From: an uncultured bacterium
GTDB taxonomy: Bacteria > Zixibacteria > MSB-5A5 > JAABVY01 > JAHJOQ01
Length of the DNA stretch: 38,303 nt
Reading direction: 5' to 3'
Assembly: GCA_965369655.1 (NCBI GenBank)
Contig: CBDUQR010000029.1
Location: forward strand, 1-38,303
Every line of letters starts with the position of its first letter. Position 1 is the first letter of the stretch. The translations under genes and the position numbers were made by a program. Under the pieces are notes generated by a model. It saw only the letters and a program-made list of their open reading frames with translations, had not been told where the DNA came from and did not search any database. Of the stretch, positions 15,787-25,837 are shown piece by piece.

Positions 15787-17130
15787 ATGACAGAGTTTTC
15801 AGATTCCATCTTCAAGGCATACGATGTCAGGGGGATATACGGGAAGGACCTCGACGACACAACAGCGTATCTTTTCGGACGCGGGCTGGTCAGGTACCTG
15901 AAATGCAGGAATGCCGTAGTTGGACGCGACATGAGGCTGTCGTCTCCACAGCTTGCGCGCAATATCGTGCGCGGCATCAGCGACGAAGGCTGCGACGTCA
16001 CCGACATCGGCATGACATCCACTGACGGTCTCTACTTCGCGGTGGGGAAATTCGGCCATGACTGCGGCGTGATGATAACCGCGTCCCACAATCCGTCTGA
16101 GTACAACGGATTCAAGGTATGCAGGACCGATGCCGTGCCTCTATCAGGAAGCGAAGGACTCAACGATATCAGGGACATCATCAAAGAGGACCTCGGTAAT
16201 CCGCCCGGCGGCGGCCGAGTGACCAGCAAGGACTACTCGAGCGCGTACACAGACCATGTACTATCGTTTATCGATACATCGAAAGTCAAGCCCTTCAAGA
16301 TCGTCATCGATGCAGGTAACGGCATGGCCGGACTGACCCTGCCGCCGGTATTTGAGAAGTTGCCGTGTGAGATCATTGAACTCTACTTCGAACTCGACGG
16401 CTCATTCCCCAATCATCCGGCTTCGCCGATCGAGCTGGAAAACATAGCTGATCTTCGTCAGAAAGTGCGTGAAACCGGCGCCGATCTCGGAGTCGCATTC
16501 GATGGTGACGCCGATCGGATGTTCCTCGTCGACGAAAACGCGAAACCGCTGGGCGGAGACATGGTCACGGCGATGGTAGCCAAGAGCATCCTCGGCAAAG
16601 AACCGGGCGCGACCATTCTTTATAATTTGATCTGCTCGAAAGCCGTTCCGGAGACTGTCGAAAGATACGGCGGCACCGCCGTGCGTACGAAGGTCGGGCA
16701 TGCGCTCATAAAGCCGCTGATGAAGCAGCACGACGCCGTATTCGGGGGCGAGCATTCCGGGCACTTCTACTTCAGGAAAAACTGGTTTGCCGATTCAGGA
16801 CTGATAGCGCTCCTGGTATGCCTTGAGCTACTGTCGGAGGAAAACCGCCCGCTCTCACATGTTGTCTCGGAACTCGATCAGTATGTCCGATCGGGTGAAG
16901 TCAACTCCACTGTCCGGGATATACCGGCGAAGCTCAATCAGATTAGAAACAAATATTCGGATGCTAAGATCGACGATCTTGACGGGATTACCGTCGATTG
17001 CGGCGACTGGTGGTTCAACGTTCGGCCTTCAAATACCGAACCTCTGCTCAGACTGAACATGGAAGCTGCGAATCGCGAGCTGCTGAATGCCAGGCTTCCC
17101 GAAATACTCAACCTCATACGCGCCGACTAA
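15787..17130 (+). CDS. manB: Phosphomannomutase/phosphoglucomutase
   Basis: 'FKAYDVRG', catalytic 'TASHNP', metal loop 'FDGDADR', 'GGEHSGH', 'RPSNTEP'. Start reassigned to ATG 15787. Confidence 0.93.
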   Translation: MTEFSDSIFKAYDVRGIYGKDLDDTTAYLFGRGLVRYLKCRNAVVGRDMRLSSPQLARNIVRGISDEGCDVTDIGMTSTDGLYFAVGKFGHDCGVMITASHNPSEYNGFKVCRTDAVPLSGSEGLNDIRDIIKEDLGNPPGGGRVTSKDYSSAYTDHVLSFIDTSKVKPFKIVIDAGNGMAGLTLPPVFEKLPCEIIELYFELDGSFPNHPASPIELENIADLRQKVRETGADLGVAFDGDADRMFLVDENAKPLGGDMVTAMVAKSILGKEPGATILYNLICSKAVPETVERYGGTAVRTKVGHALIKPLMKQHDAVFGGEHSGHFYFRKNWFADSGLIALLVCLELLSEENRPLSHVVSELDQYVRSGEVNSTVRDIPAKLNQIRNKYSDAKIDDLDGITVDCGDWWFNVRPSNTEPLLRLNMEAANRELLNARLPEILNLIRAD

Positions 17131-17183
17131 AGGTTTTCACGTTTCGTTCGAAACTATAATAAGAGGGTCAAACGGTATGGAAT

Positions 17184-17924
17184 ATGTTTGAGAAAACAAC
17201 TGTACTTGTAGTCGACGACGATCCAATGCTTCTGTCGCTCCTGACGGACACTCTGGATTCGATCGGGTATGATTCTGTTTCTGAGCCGGATGCTGAATCG
17301 GCTCTTGAACGTTTGAGTCACAACAGCATAGATATCGTCGTCGCCGACATCAATCTGCCCGGGATCGACGGTCTCGAACTGGCGCGTCGGGTCAAGAAAG
17401 ACCGTCCCGAGATCCCTGTGATACTGATCACGGGCGTGAGCATGAAAGATATCAAGTCGCGGGCTTTCAAGGCCGGCGCTGACGGATTTCTCGACAAACC
17501 ATTCAGAATTACAGTCATAGAACGCCTTATGGAGCAGCTTCTGATGAGACGCACCACGGGCGGTTCGACTGTCCTCGTGATCGACGACGACGAGATGAGT
17601 CGAACTGCACTCAAAGAGCAGTTACAGCAAATCGGCTACGATGCCAGCGCGGCATCGGGAGGCAGGGAAGCTCTCGATATGTTGCAAAACAAGCACTTCG
17701 ATATTCTCATGACCGATCTGATGATGCCGGAAATGGACGGCATCGAGTTGTCACGCAGGGTCAAAGAGGTGGCGCCATCCACCCATGTTGTTATTTTCAC
17801 AGGAAGTGTGCCGAACGACGAGGAGAAGTCGGTCATCTATACGGCTGCTGATGCCTTTCTCCCAAAACCGCTTCAACTCGAACAGGTATCACTGACTCTT
17901 TCGAGTTTCGAAAACATCAAATAG
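17184..17924 (+). CDS. Response regulator with two tandem receiver domains and no output domain
   Basis: Two REC sets: 'VVDDD...ADINLPGIDG...ITG...DKPF' and 'VIDDD...TDLMMPEMDG...FTG...PKPL'. Confidence 0.92.
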   Translation: MFEKTTVLVVDDDPMLLSLLTDTLDSIGYDSVSEPDAESALERLSHNSIDIVVADINLPGIDGLELARRVKKDRPEIPVILITGVSMKDIKSRAFKAGADGFLDKPFRITVIERLMEQLLMRRTTGGSTVLVIDDDEMSRTALKEQLQQIGYDASAASGGREALDMLQNKHFDILMTDLMMPEMDGIELSRRVKEVAPSTHVVIFTGSVPNDEEKSVIYTAADAFLPKPLQLEQVSLTLSSFENIK

Positions 17925-17940
17925 GAATTACTGAACTCGT

Positions 17941-19743
17941 TCATGCTCTTCTCTCAGCCGGAGCTTCAATGCTGTGGAGTTGATACTGCAACTGATACAG
18001 CTTCCAGTAAATACCGCGCTGCTTCAGTAGTTCATCATGTGTGCCCGATTCGCGCAGACAGCCTTTGTGCAGGACCAGAATCCGATCGACCTTCTTGATC
18101 GTAGATAGACGATGCGCGATGATTATCGACGTCCTGTTTTTCATCAGTCTTTCCACAGCTTCCTGGATCAACATTTCTGTCTCGGTATCGACCGACGACG
18201 TCGCTTCGTCTAAGATCAGGATTCCCGGATCATACGCGAGCGCCCTTGCAAACGAAAGGAGTTGTTTCTGCCCAACCGAGAGCGAAACGCCTCTCTCTCC
18301 GATTTTGAATCCGTACCCGTTCGGCAGCCTGTCGACAAACCTGTCGAGATTTGCATCCCGTGCAGCCGCCCGCAGCTTCTCGTCGGTGATGGATGAATCG
18401 CCCAACCTGATGTTCTTGTCAATGGCTCCTGAGAAAAGAAAAACATCCTGCAGCACCAGCCCGATATTCTCGCGGACGTCATGCGTCGGAATATCCTTGA
18501 TATCGATCCCATCGAGACGGATAGAACCTTTCTGATGATCGTAGAATCTCATGAGCAACCCGGATGTCGTGGTCTTGCCGGACCCTGTTGCTCCTACAAT
18601 CGCCACTTTCTCTCCCGGTTCGATGTTGAACGACAGATCCTTGATGACCCATTTGTCTTCGTCGTACGCAAACCAGACCCGGTCGAATTCGACCCTGCCC
18701 TGGCACTGTTTCCACTCTTTCGGACCTGGCTGGTCGCCGAAGCTCGGCTTCGTATCGAGCAAGCCGAATACTCTTTCTGCAGACGCCATTGCAGACTGAA
18801 GTATGTTGTATTTCTCGGAGAGGTCCATGATAGGCCTGTAGAATCGTTCGACATACTGCGTGAAGGCCACGAGCGTTCCGAACGTCAGAGCGCCCTGAAT
18901 CACCTCGCCGCCGCCATACCAGATAATCAGCGCGAGAGACACAGCCGAAAGCACCCTCACGATAGGGAAGAAGACAGCAAAGTACATCACCGACCTGTGA
19001 TGCCGCTTCATCAGTTCCAGGTTTATGCTCGCGAATTTCTGGTAGACTTTTGTCTCCTGACGGAAAAACTGCACTACGGGCATGCCCGAAACATGCTCCT
19101 GGATGAACGCGTTGAGCCTGGCGATGAATCGCCTGATGTCTCGGTATGCGTTTCGGACCTTCGCCCTGAACAGGAATGCCGCAAACGACAGCACCGGAAG
19201 CACGGTCAGCGTAACCAGCGCCAGCCTGAAATCAATCGCGAGCATGAATCCCACGATTCCGAACAGCATTACGATGTCGCCGATGATGGTTACGACGCCG
19301 GATGAAAGAAGTTCGTTGAGCGCGTTGATATCGGTCGTGACGCGCGTGATTATTCTACCGACAGGATTTCCATCGAAGAACTTCAGATCGAGACGCTGCA
19401 GATGCGAAAAGAGCTGCATCCTGAGTCTATAGATCGCCATCTGGCCGACCCACTGCATTGTATATATCTGTGCCCAGGTCACGGCAAAACTGAGAAGAAT
19501 CAGCGCAAGATACACAATGCAAATCATGCCAAGCCCCTGAACATCTTTCTGGATCACGTACTCGTCGATGGCATGCTTGATCACAACCGGACCGAGAAGC
19601 TGAAGGCCTGAACCGAGCAGGAGCAGTACTGCCGCGAGCAACACGTATTTCCTGAAAGGTTTCAGATAGACCAGCAGCCTTTTCATTAACCGGGAATCGT
19701 AAGCCTTCCCGGTCAACTCGTCTTCATGGAAATATCCGGTCAA
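17941..19743 (-). CDS. ABC exporter half-transporter (TMD+NBD), subunit B of a heterodimer
   Basis: Six TM helices; GATGSGKTT; degenerate signature LSVGQ; Walker B ILILDE. Likely TTG start at 19743 overlapping the upstream TGA. Confidence 0.93.
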   Translation of the reverse strand: MTGYFHEDELTGKAYDSRLMKRLLVYLKPFRKYVLLAAVLLLLGSGLQLLGPVVIKHAIDEYVIQKDVQGLGMICIVYLALILLSFAVTWAQIYTMQWVGQMAIYRLRMQLFSHLQRLDLKFFDGNPVGRIITRVTTDINALNELLSSGVVTIIGDIVMLFGIVGFMLAIDFRLALVTLTVLPVLSFAAFLFRAKVRNAYRDIRRFIARLNAFIQEHVSGMPVVQFFRQETKVYQKFASINLELMKRHHRSVMYFAVFFPIVRVLSAVSLALIIWYGGGEVIQGALTFGTLVAFTQYVERFYRPIMDLSEKYNILQSAMASAERVFGLLDTKPSFGDQPGPKEWKQCQGRVEFDRVWFAYDEDKWVIKDLSFNIEPGEKVAIVGATGSGKTTTSGLLMRFYDHQKGSIRLDGIDIKDIPTHDVRENIGLVLQDVFLFSGAIDKNIRLGDSSITDEKLRAAARDANLDRFVDRLPNGYGFKIGERGVSLSVGQKQLLSFARALAYDPGILILDEATSSVDTETEMLIQEAVERLMKNRTSIIIAHRLSTIKKVDRILVLHKGCLRESGTHDELLKQRGIYWKLYQLQYQLHSIEAPAERRA

Positions 19744-21506
19744 CGAAGCTTCTCCAGTTGCTCTTCGAGTTCCTGCCTTTCCACGATGTCGGCGTAGAGC
19801 GGACACGTCGCGATCAGCTCACCGTGGGTTCCCGAATCGATCAGGCAGCCATCGTCGAGCACATGAATGAGATCAGCCTTCCTGATTGTCGATATGCGGT
19901 GCGAAACGATTATCGTGGTGCGTGAAGCCATCACAGATTCGAGTCCGGCGAGTATCAATTCTTCCGTTGCGGTATCGACTGCCGAGAAAGCATCGTCGAG
20001 GATCAGAATATCCGGGTCTCTCGCAATGGCTCTGGCGAGAGCTGTCCGCTGTTTCTGACCTCCGGAAAGCGTGACCCCGCGTTCGCCGATGAACGTCTCA
20101 TATCCATCAGGGAAATCCCGGACATCGCCGTCGAGTTGCGCCAGCAAAGCTGCTTTTTCCGACGCCTCGCGATCAACCTCAGGCAAACCGAACGAGATAT
20201 TCTCGTAGAGCGTATCGGAGAAGAGGAACGACTCCTGCGGCACATACCCGACCATCTCGCGAAGCCTGTCGAGAGGTATCGCGTTGATTTCTATTCCGCC
20301 GATTTCGATCCCGTCGTCATCGATCCGGTATGCCCTGACAATCAGGTCGAGCAGCGTCGATTTGCCACAGCCTGTCCTGCCGACGATTGCGGTTGTCTTG
20401 CCCGCAGGTATATATAAACTGATATTCCTTAGGACATTCCTGTCCGTGTCCGGATACGCGAAAGAAAGATCATGGAATCTGATTTCGGGTTCTATCCTGC
20501 CGACATCCTTCATGTTTTCCGCATCTCTGACTTCCGGAATGATATCGAGGATACTCTCGATTCTTTCGAGCGACGCCATGCCGCGCTGATAGAGTGTGAT
20601 GGTCCAGCCGATGGCCATCACCGGCCAGACAAGCATCATCAGGTACAGCATGAATGCGACGAGAATGCCAAGAGTCATCGAGTCCTCGATGACGAAGCGG
20701 CCTCCGAAGAAGAGCACTATCACCAGGATCAGCCCGACCTCGAGGCCGACTATCGGCTGGAAAAGCGCCAGCAGCCTGGCGAACTTGAGATTCAATCGGA
20801 CATATTCGTCATTGAGATCGCCAAAGTCATCGATCTGACTTTCTTCCTGATTGTAGGCCTTGACCACCCTCACTCCGGAGATACTCTCCTGAACAAACGC
20901 GGTAAGCGTCGAAAAATGCTCCTGGATACTGTAAAACAGGGTGTAGACACGGGCTGCGACTTTCTTGAAGGTAAACGCCAGGATCGGGAAGGGGAGCATG
21001 GCAATCAGCGTCAGTTTGGGACTCAGTATTGTCATCAGTACGACCGCTAACGATCCCATTACCAACGTGTTGGAGAATTGCATGATCCCGGGTCCGACCA
21101 TCAGTCGTACCGCTTCGACATCGTTCGAGAGACGGGCAATGATATCGCCGGTGCGCGTCTTGTTGTAGTATGATCGCGGGAGCTTCAGAAGCTGATCGAC
21201 GAGTTCGTTCTTGATATCGCGCTCGATCATCCGTGAAGCCCAGATGATCGTCCTGCGCAGGAAGAACATGAAGAACCCGCCCAGAAGCGCCGCCACTACA
21301 ACAGCGAGACCATAGCCAAACATGCTCTCACTTGTGGCCGTGCCAGCCTCGAGGCTCTCGATCGCATCTTTGATCAACCACGGTACCGCCAGGCTGAACA
21401 GACTGGTCAGGACAATGGCGACCGCGCCGGCATAGAGATAGCGCCGGTACTTGCCGAGATACTCGAATACCTTCTTCAGACTTTTCTTTTTCGCGTTACC
21501 AGACAT
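19740..21506 (-). CDS. ABC exporter half-transporter (TMD+NBD), subunit A of a heterodimer
   Basis: GRTGCGKST; LSGGQ; Walker B ILILDD (catalytic Glu replaced by Asp), as in TM287/288- and BmrCD-type asymmetric exporters. Confidence 0.93.
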   Translation of the reverse strand: MSGNAKKKSLKKVFEYLGKYRRYLYAGAVAIVLTSLFSLAVPWLIKDAIESLEAGTATSESMFGYGLAVVVAALLGGFFMFFLRRTIIWASRMIERDIKNELVDQLLKLPRSYYNKTRTGDIIARLSNDVEAVRLMVGPGIMQFSNTLVMGSLAVVLMTILSPKLTLIAMLPFPILAFTFKKVAARVYTLFYSIQEHFSTLTAFVQESISGVRVVKAYNQEESQIDDFGDLNDEYVRLNLKFARLLALFQPIVGLEVGLILVIVLFFGGRFVIEDSMTLGILVAFMLYLMMLVWPVMAIGWTITLYQRGMASLERIESILDIIPEVRDAENMKDVGRIEPEIRFHDLSFAYPDTDRNVLRNISLYIPAGKTTAIVGRTGCGKSTLLDLIVRAYRIDDDGIEIGGIEINAIPLDRLREMVGYVPQESFLFSDTLYENISFGLPEVDREASEKAALLAQLDGDVRDFPDGYETFIGERGVTLSGGQKQRTALARAIARDPDILILDDAFSAVDTATEELILAGLESVMASRTTIIVSHRISTIRKADLIHVLDDGCLIDSGTHGELIATCPLYADIVERQELEEQLEKLR

Positions 21507-21592
21507 AAACAGGAATCACCGAATCGGATGCGTTGCCGCGCTGCCCTCAAATCAAATTGAGCTTTACATAAGGTTAAGCAGTATATATTAAC

Positions 21593-22084
21593 ATGGTAAA
21601 GATGTCAAACGCTTACGATACGCAAAGGTTCCTGTGCGATCCGACAGTCGGCAGGCTCGCCAATTACATGCGAATGATCGGTTATGACACTGCATCGATG
21701 GCGAGTCATGTCGCGAGTGATATTCTCGATATCGCACTTGATGAAAACAGGACCATTCTGACGAGAAACAGCAGTCTCGCAAATATGAAACTCGCGCGTG
21801 ATGTCATACTGCTGAACGACGACGATCCGTGGGAGCAGCTCAGGCAGGTTATCAGGGCTCGACATCTCACAATTGAGAGGACGAGAGTCCTGACAAGATG
21901 TCTGATCGACAACGAGATATTAGTTCCGATATCCCGGGAAGATGTGAAAGACAGAGTCTGGCCGTACGTCTACGCTACTCAGGAGAAATTCACCATCTGC
22001 CCTGCGTGCGGCCGTGTTTACTGGCCCGCCACGCACGTCGAAGCGATGCTGGCAAAATTGAAGCAGACAGGACTGATATCTTAG
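21593..22084 (+). CDS. Mut7-C RNase (PIN-like) domain protein with zinc ribbon
   Basis: 'RFLCDPTVGRLANYMRMIGYD', 'ENRTILTRN', 'TRCLIDN', 'CPACGRVYWPATH'. Confidence 0.9.
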   Translation: MVKMSNAYDTQRFLCDPTVGRLANYMRMIGYDTASMASHVASDILDIALDENRTILTRNSSLANMKLARDVILLNDDDPWEQLRQVIRARHLTIERTRVLTRCLIDNEILVPISREDVKDRVWPYVYATQEKFTICPACGRVYWPATHVEAMLAKLKQTGLIS

Positions 22085-22166
22085 TTGTCGTTGCGAACCG
22101 CACTGTGTCAAGACAACATTTGTCTTGGTTTTCCCGGCTGGTGAATTATATTCACGCCCATGAGAG

Positions 22167-22182
22167 TGTGATTTGTTTCACA
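22167..22182. promoter_or_regulatory. TGTGA-N6-TCACA palindrome (CRP/FNR- or Rex-type site)
   Basis: TGTGA-TTTGTT-TCACA about 30 bp upstream of the 4Fe-4S gene start; a second palindrome GTGAA-N5-TTCAC at 22141-22155. Confidence 0.55.
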
Positions 22183-22210
22183 TGAATAAGACGTGCATAG
22201 GGGAGAATCG

Positions 22211-22972
22211 ATGAGCATCAGGATTGTCAGGTACATTCTTCAGGCGTTCTTTCTCGCTTCAATCATATATCTCGCGCTTGGGTGGGGATCGAACGGCTTC
22301 GAGTCGTTCTGTCCGTTTGGAGGCGTCGAAGCGATCTATGGGCTCTTTACCCACGGCAATTTCACTTGCGCGCTGGCGCCGCTCAATCTCTCAATGTTCA
22401 TCGGAATACTCCTGCTCACTATTTTGACAAAGCGATCGTTCTGCGGCTGGGTCTGTCCACTCGGCACTATCTCGGAGTGGATCGGAAGATTCGGGGACAA
22501 GGTCTGGAAAAAAAGACCCCGGATACCTCGCGCTGTTGATCGGTACCTGCGGTATCTCCGTTATCCCGTTCTCGCCGTGATACTCTATTTCACATACACA
22601 ATCGGCGACCTCGTATTTCGCGGTTATGACCCGTTCTACCTGATATTCTCCGGCATGGGACACGGCAGTCTCGGCTGGATCAGCATCGGCGTGATGGTGA
22701 TCTTTGTCATCGGATCATTCTTCCAACCGATGTTCTTCTGCAGATATTTCTGTCCGTTAGCGGCGGTGCTTGACCCATTCTCGAAAATCGGTCTTGTCAG
22801 AATCACAAGAGACGCCGAAACATGCATAGACTGCACACTCTGCAACAAGAGATGCCATTTCGGAATCGATGTCATGTCGTTGCATAAAGTGACTCACCGC
22901 GATTGCGTGAACTGCCTCGAATGCGTCGAGGCCTGCCCAATCGAGGATTGCCTCGAAGTCAGGATATTGTAG
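22211..22972 (+). CDS. Membrane 4Fe-4S-binding protein (NapH/YccM-like polyferredoxin)
   Basis: 'FESFCPFGG', 'FCGWVCPLG', 'FCRYFCPL', and two CxxCxxCxxxC motifs (CIDCTLCNKRC, CVNCLECVEAC); several TM helices. Confidence 0.9.
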   Translation: MSIRIVRYILQAFFLASIIYLALGWGSNGFESFCPFGGVEAIYGLFTHGNFTCALAPLNLSMFIGILLLTILTKRSFCGWVCPLGTISEWIGRFGDKVWKKRPRIPRAVDRYLRYLRYPVLAVILYFTYTIGDLVFRGYDPFYLIFSGMGHGSLGWISIGVMVIFVIGSFFQPMFFCRYFCPLAAVLDPFSKIGLVRITRDAETCIDCTLCNKRCHFGIDVMSLHKVTHRDCVNCLECVEACPIEDCLEVRIL

Positions 22973-22983
22973 GAGTAATAGAG

Positions 22984-23352
22984 ATGAAAATCCCGAAGGC
23001 TGTGATACCGATTCTGGTTTTGGTTCTCGTGGCTGGCGGCTATGTTATTCAGCCGATGTTCTTTTTCCCGACCAACGAGATCGCGCTCGGTGCCACCGGT
23101 GATTCGACAGTCGAGTTCACTGTCGATGGCCTGAAATGTCGCGGCACTGCCGGATTCTTCACAAGCCAGTTCGAGAACACACCAGGAATAGAGAGCATCA
23201 CCACTTATGCGGCGAACCACAAAGCGATATTCGTGTACGACTCCAAACTGATCGACCCGGACAGGATAAAAGTGCTCTTCGAGAGGGAATTCAGGATGCG
23301 CGACGGTACGTTTAGGTCTGTGTTCAAAGAAGTGGATTGTTCAGAACAATAG
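22984..23352 (+). CDS. Membrane-anchored HMA-like (ferredoxin-fold) domain protein
   Basis: AGGAG RBS; N-terminal TM helix; 'VEFTVDGLKCRGTA...PGIESI...AIFVYDSKLIDPDRIK' resembles the HMA fold but with CxxT. Confidence 0.7.
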   Translation: MKIPKAVIPILVLVLVAGGYVIQPMFFFPTNEIALGATGDSTVEFTVDGLKCRGTAGFFTSQFENTPGIESITTYAANHKAIFVYDSKLIDPDRIKVLFEREFRMRDGTFRSVFKEVDCSEQ

Positions 23353-24264
23353 TCAGGCCGCAACTATGTTGCACCAGTCTTCATAGTCGGCGTTCTTCGC
23401 GTGAATAACCGACCAGTAGAGATCAGATAGCTCTCGCGTTATCGGCCCGCACTTCCCGGAACCGATCTTTCGTCCTTCGATCATCGTGACCGCATTGATG
23501 CCTGCGCCGGTACCGCACAGGAAAACCTCGTCGGCGTTGTACATGAATCTCGGCGTGAACAGCCGTTCCTCAGCCTTCAGCCCGAGGCCCCTCCTGCAGA
23601 ATTCAAAGATCGATCGACGCGTGATCCCATCGAGTGGACCGGCTGAGAGCGAAGGCGTATAGCACTTGTTCTTTCTGACCACGAACAGATTCATGCCGAA
23701 CGCCTCGGCGACATGACCATCGATGCTCTTCATCAGCGCAATCGTTCCGCCTCGCTCCGAGACCTCACGCTGTGCGATGAACGAACCGACATACGTTCCC
23801 GTGATCTTACCGATTGACGGAACAACCGATGGCGGGATGCGGACATTCTTCGAGAACAACGTATCGAACTCCCGGAGATGAATCTTGTTCACCGGCTGGC
23901 AGAAGATCGCAAGGTCAGTAGTCACCGGCCTGCCAAGTCCGAGACCGTGCGGATTGCAGTAGATCATCGGTCTCACATACGTGTCTTTCGGCAGACTGTT
24001 CTTCAGGACCAGTTTTGTTATCAGCGTCGAAATCTCATCGTGTGTCGCTGGCGATGCGATGTGCAGGGCGTCACATGTTCTGAGAAGGCGGTCTATATGA
24101 TCGTCGAGTCTGAAGAGATTCCAGCGCTTGCGGCCAAGATAGAACGCCTTCATCCCCTCGAACGCGCAGGTGCCGTAGTTGAAGGCATGAGTCTTGATCG
24201 AGACGGTCGCCTTCTCTTCCGGGACAATCTTCCCGTTGATATATGCGTACAATTTCGCGCTCAA
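23353..24264 (-). CDS. ilvE: Class IV PLP aminotransferase (branched-chain amino acid aminotransferase-like)
   Basis: 'HAFNYGTCAFEGMKA', 'LFRLDDHIDRL', PLP Lys 'GKITGTY', 'LDGITR', 'ADEVFLCGT'. Confidence 0.85.
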   Translation of the reverse strand: MSAKLYAYINGKIVPEEKATVSIKTHAFNYGTCAFEGMKAFYLGRKRWNLFRLDDHIDRLLRTCDALHIASPATHDEISTLITKLVLKNSLPKDTYVRPMIYCNPHGLGLGRPVTTDLAIFCQPVNKIHLREFDTLFSKNVRIPPSVVPSIGKITGTYVGSFIAQREVSERGGTIALMKSIDGHVAEAFGMNLFVVRKNKCYTPSLSAGPLDGITRRSIFEFCRRGLGLKAEERLFTPRFMYNADEVFLCGTGAGINAVTMIEGRKIGSGKCGPITRELSDLYWSVIHAKNADYEDWCNIVAA

Positions 24265-24695
24265 TCGAGTATTTCCTTCAGAGCCTGCAACGCCAGCACG
24301 TAGCCGTGTTTACCGAATCCGGATATCAGCCCGTGTGCACCGCGCGCCGTGACCGATGTCTGCCTGAAATCCTCGCGGGCATTGATGTTCGACAGATGCA
24401 CTTCGACGACTGGCACGGATATGGACTTGACAGCGTCGAGAATGGCCACCGATGTATGCGAGTATCCTCCAGGATTGAGAATCACACCGTCGGCCTCGCG
24501 ACCTGCCTGTTGGAGCCGGTCGATGATTTCACCCTCGATATTGGACTGAAAGAATGTCGCCTCGATGCCGAGTCCGGCGGCCTCATGCCCGACATATTCA
24601 TTGATATCATCGAGAGTATCAGCGCCGTATATGTCAGGTTCCCGCGTTCCTGTCAGATTCAGGTTCGGGCCATTGATCACAACTATTTTCTTCAT
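24261..24695 (-). CDS. aroQ: Type II 3-dehydroquinate dehydratase
   Basis: 'INGPNLNLTGTREPDIYG', 'QSNIEG', 'NPGGYSHTS', 'EVHLSN'. Confidence 0.97.
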   Translation of the reverse strand: MKKIVVINGPNLNLTGTREPDIYGADTLDDINEYVGHEAAGLGIEATFFQSNIEGEIIDRLQQAGREADGVILNPGGYSHTSVAILDAVKSISVPVVEVHLSNINAREDFRQTSVTARGAHGLISGFGKHGYVLALQALKEILD

Positions 24696-25789
24696 CGCAC
24701 ACTACTCCATCTCTTAGTCACGGCGGTATATGCAGACTTGAAATCTCTCTTGCTTATCGGGCGTACAATTGGTTGAAACATCGATTTGAGCAGCACGAAA
24801 TTGACTCCGGCTCCGGTTCTTTTTTTGTCACGCCCGATTATATCCCAGAGGCTACCAGTCGCGGCGGTCTCCATCGGGAAATTCCTGTAGAGTTGTGCGA
24901 TCTGATCGTGTCCCCACTGAAAAGTTTTCTCGTCGAGTGAACAGAGTTTGCGCGAAAGCTCCAGAGCGACGAGCATCCCTGCAGCGACCGCTCTGCCATG
25001 AGGCATGCTCCGTTTGTACCTTGCGAAGACTTCGAGCGCATGCGCGGTGGTGTGTCCGAAATTGAGAACCATGCGCAGCCCCGATTCATACTGATCTTTT
25101 CTGACGACATCGAGTTTCGACCTGATCCCCTCTGTTATCATTTGCAGTAGTATCGTCTGATCACTCGATTTCTGATAACGCGAGAACAGGCTGCGGAGTT
25201 TGCGCGACTTGATAAGTGCCATTTTCAGGAGTTCGGAGAGACCTTCGGTAAAATGCGCCCTGCTCAGAGTCGTCAGGAATTCGGGATCGACAAGAATCGA
25301 CATCGGCTGCTTCACCGTGCCGATCATGTTCTTGGCGTCAGCCAGATTGATCCCATTCTTTCCACCAATTGCGGCGTCGACCTGTGCGAGAAGCGTGGTC
25401 GGAACCAGAATGTGATCGATTCCCCGCATGAATGTCGCGGCTGCGAATCCGACAATATCGCAGATCACGCCGCCCCCCACTCCGATCAGGATCGAACCAC
25501 GATCGGCTCCGTTGTCGAGCAGCCACCTGTGAATCCTCATCTGGGTTCGATAGCTCTTGGTCGATTCACCCGGCGGAAGTACGAGCATCTTTGCCGAGCC
25601 GCGATGACGCTTGATGACTCGGTCGAAATACGACCCTTGATAATGCACCAGGTTCTTGTCAGTGATAACAAACGCGGATGAGCAGCCGGAGTCTTTTACG
25701 ATTGAAGGGACCAAGCCGGCGACGCCGTGATCGACCTCGACCCTGCAGGATACCGCCTTGCAGCTGAATTTGATCGTGAGACTACTCAT
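24692..25789 (-). CDS. aroB: 3-dehydroquinate synthase
   Basis: 'GESTKS', 'GGGVICDIVGFAAATFMRG', 'PTTLLAQVDAAIGGKNG', 'LNFGHT'. Confidence 0.96.
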   Translation of the reverse strand: MSSLTIKFSCKAVSCRVEVDHGVAGLVPSIVKDSGCSSAFVITDKNLVHYQGSYFDRVIKRHRGSAKMLVLPPGESTKSYRTQMRIHRWLLDNGADRGSILIGVGGGVICDIVGFAAATFMRGIDHILVPTTLLAQVDAAIGGKNGINLADAKNMIGTVKQPMSILVDPEFLTTLSRAHFTEGLSELLKMALIKSRKLRSLFSRYQKSSDQTILLQMITEGIRSKLDVVRKDQYESGLRMVLNFGHTTAHALEVFARYKRSMPHGRAVAAGMLVALELSRKLCSLDEKTFQWGHDQIAQLYRNFPMETAATGSLWDIIGRDKKRTGAGVNFVLLKSMFQPIVRPISKRDFKSAYTAVTKRWSSVR

Positions 25790-25837
25790 TCTCAGTCATC
25801 CGATTTTCAGTGCGTGCAGGGGCTATGCCCCTGCGTC

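Noticed and set aside
18481-19305. 274-aa plus-strand ORF and other long antisense ORFs across the ABC and trp/aro genes
   Set aside because: Shadows of well-supported opposite-strand genes; no domains or RBS.
17941-21506. Degenerate ABC motifs as a sign of pseudogenisation
   Set aside because: Complementary DD and LSVGQ substitutions are the normal pattern of asymmetric heterodimeric exporters.
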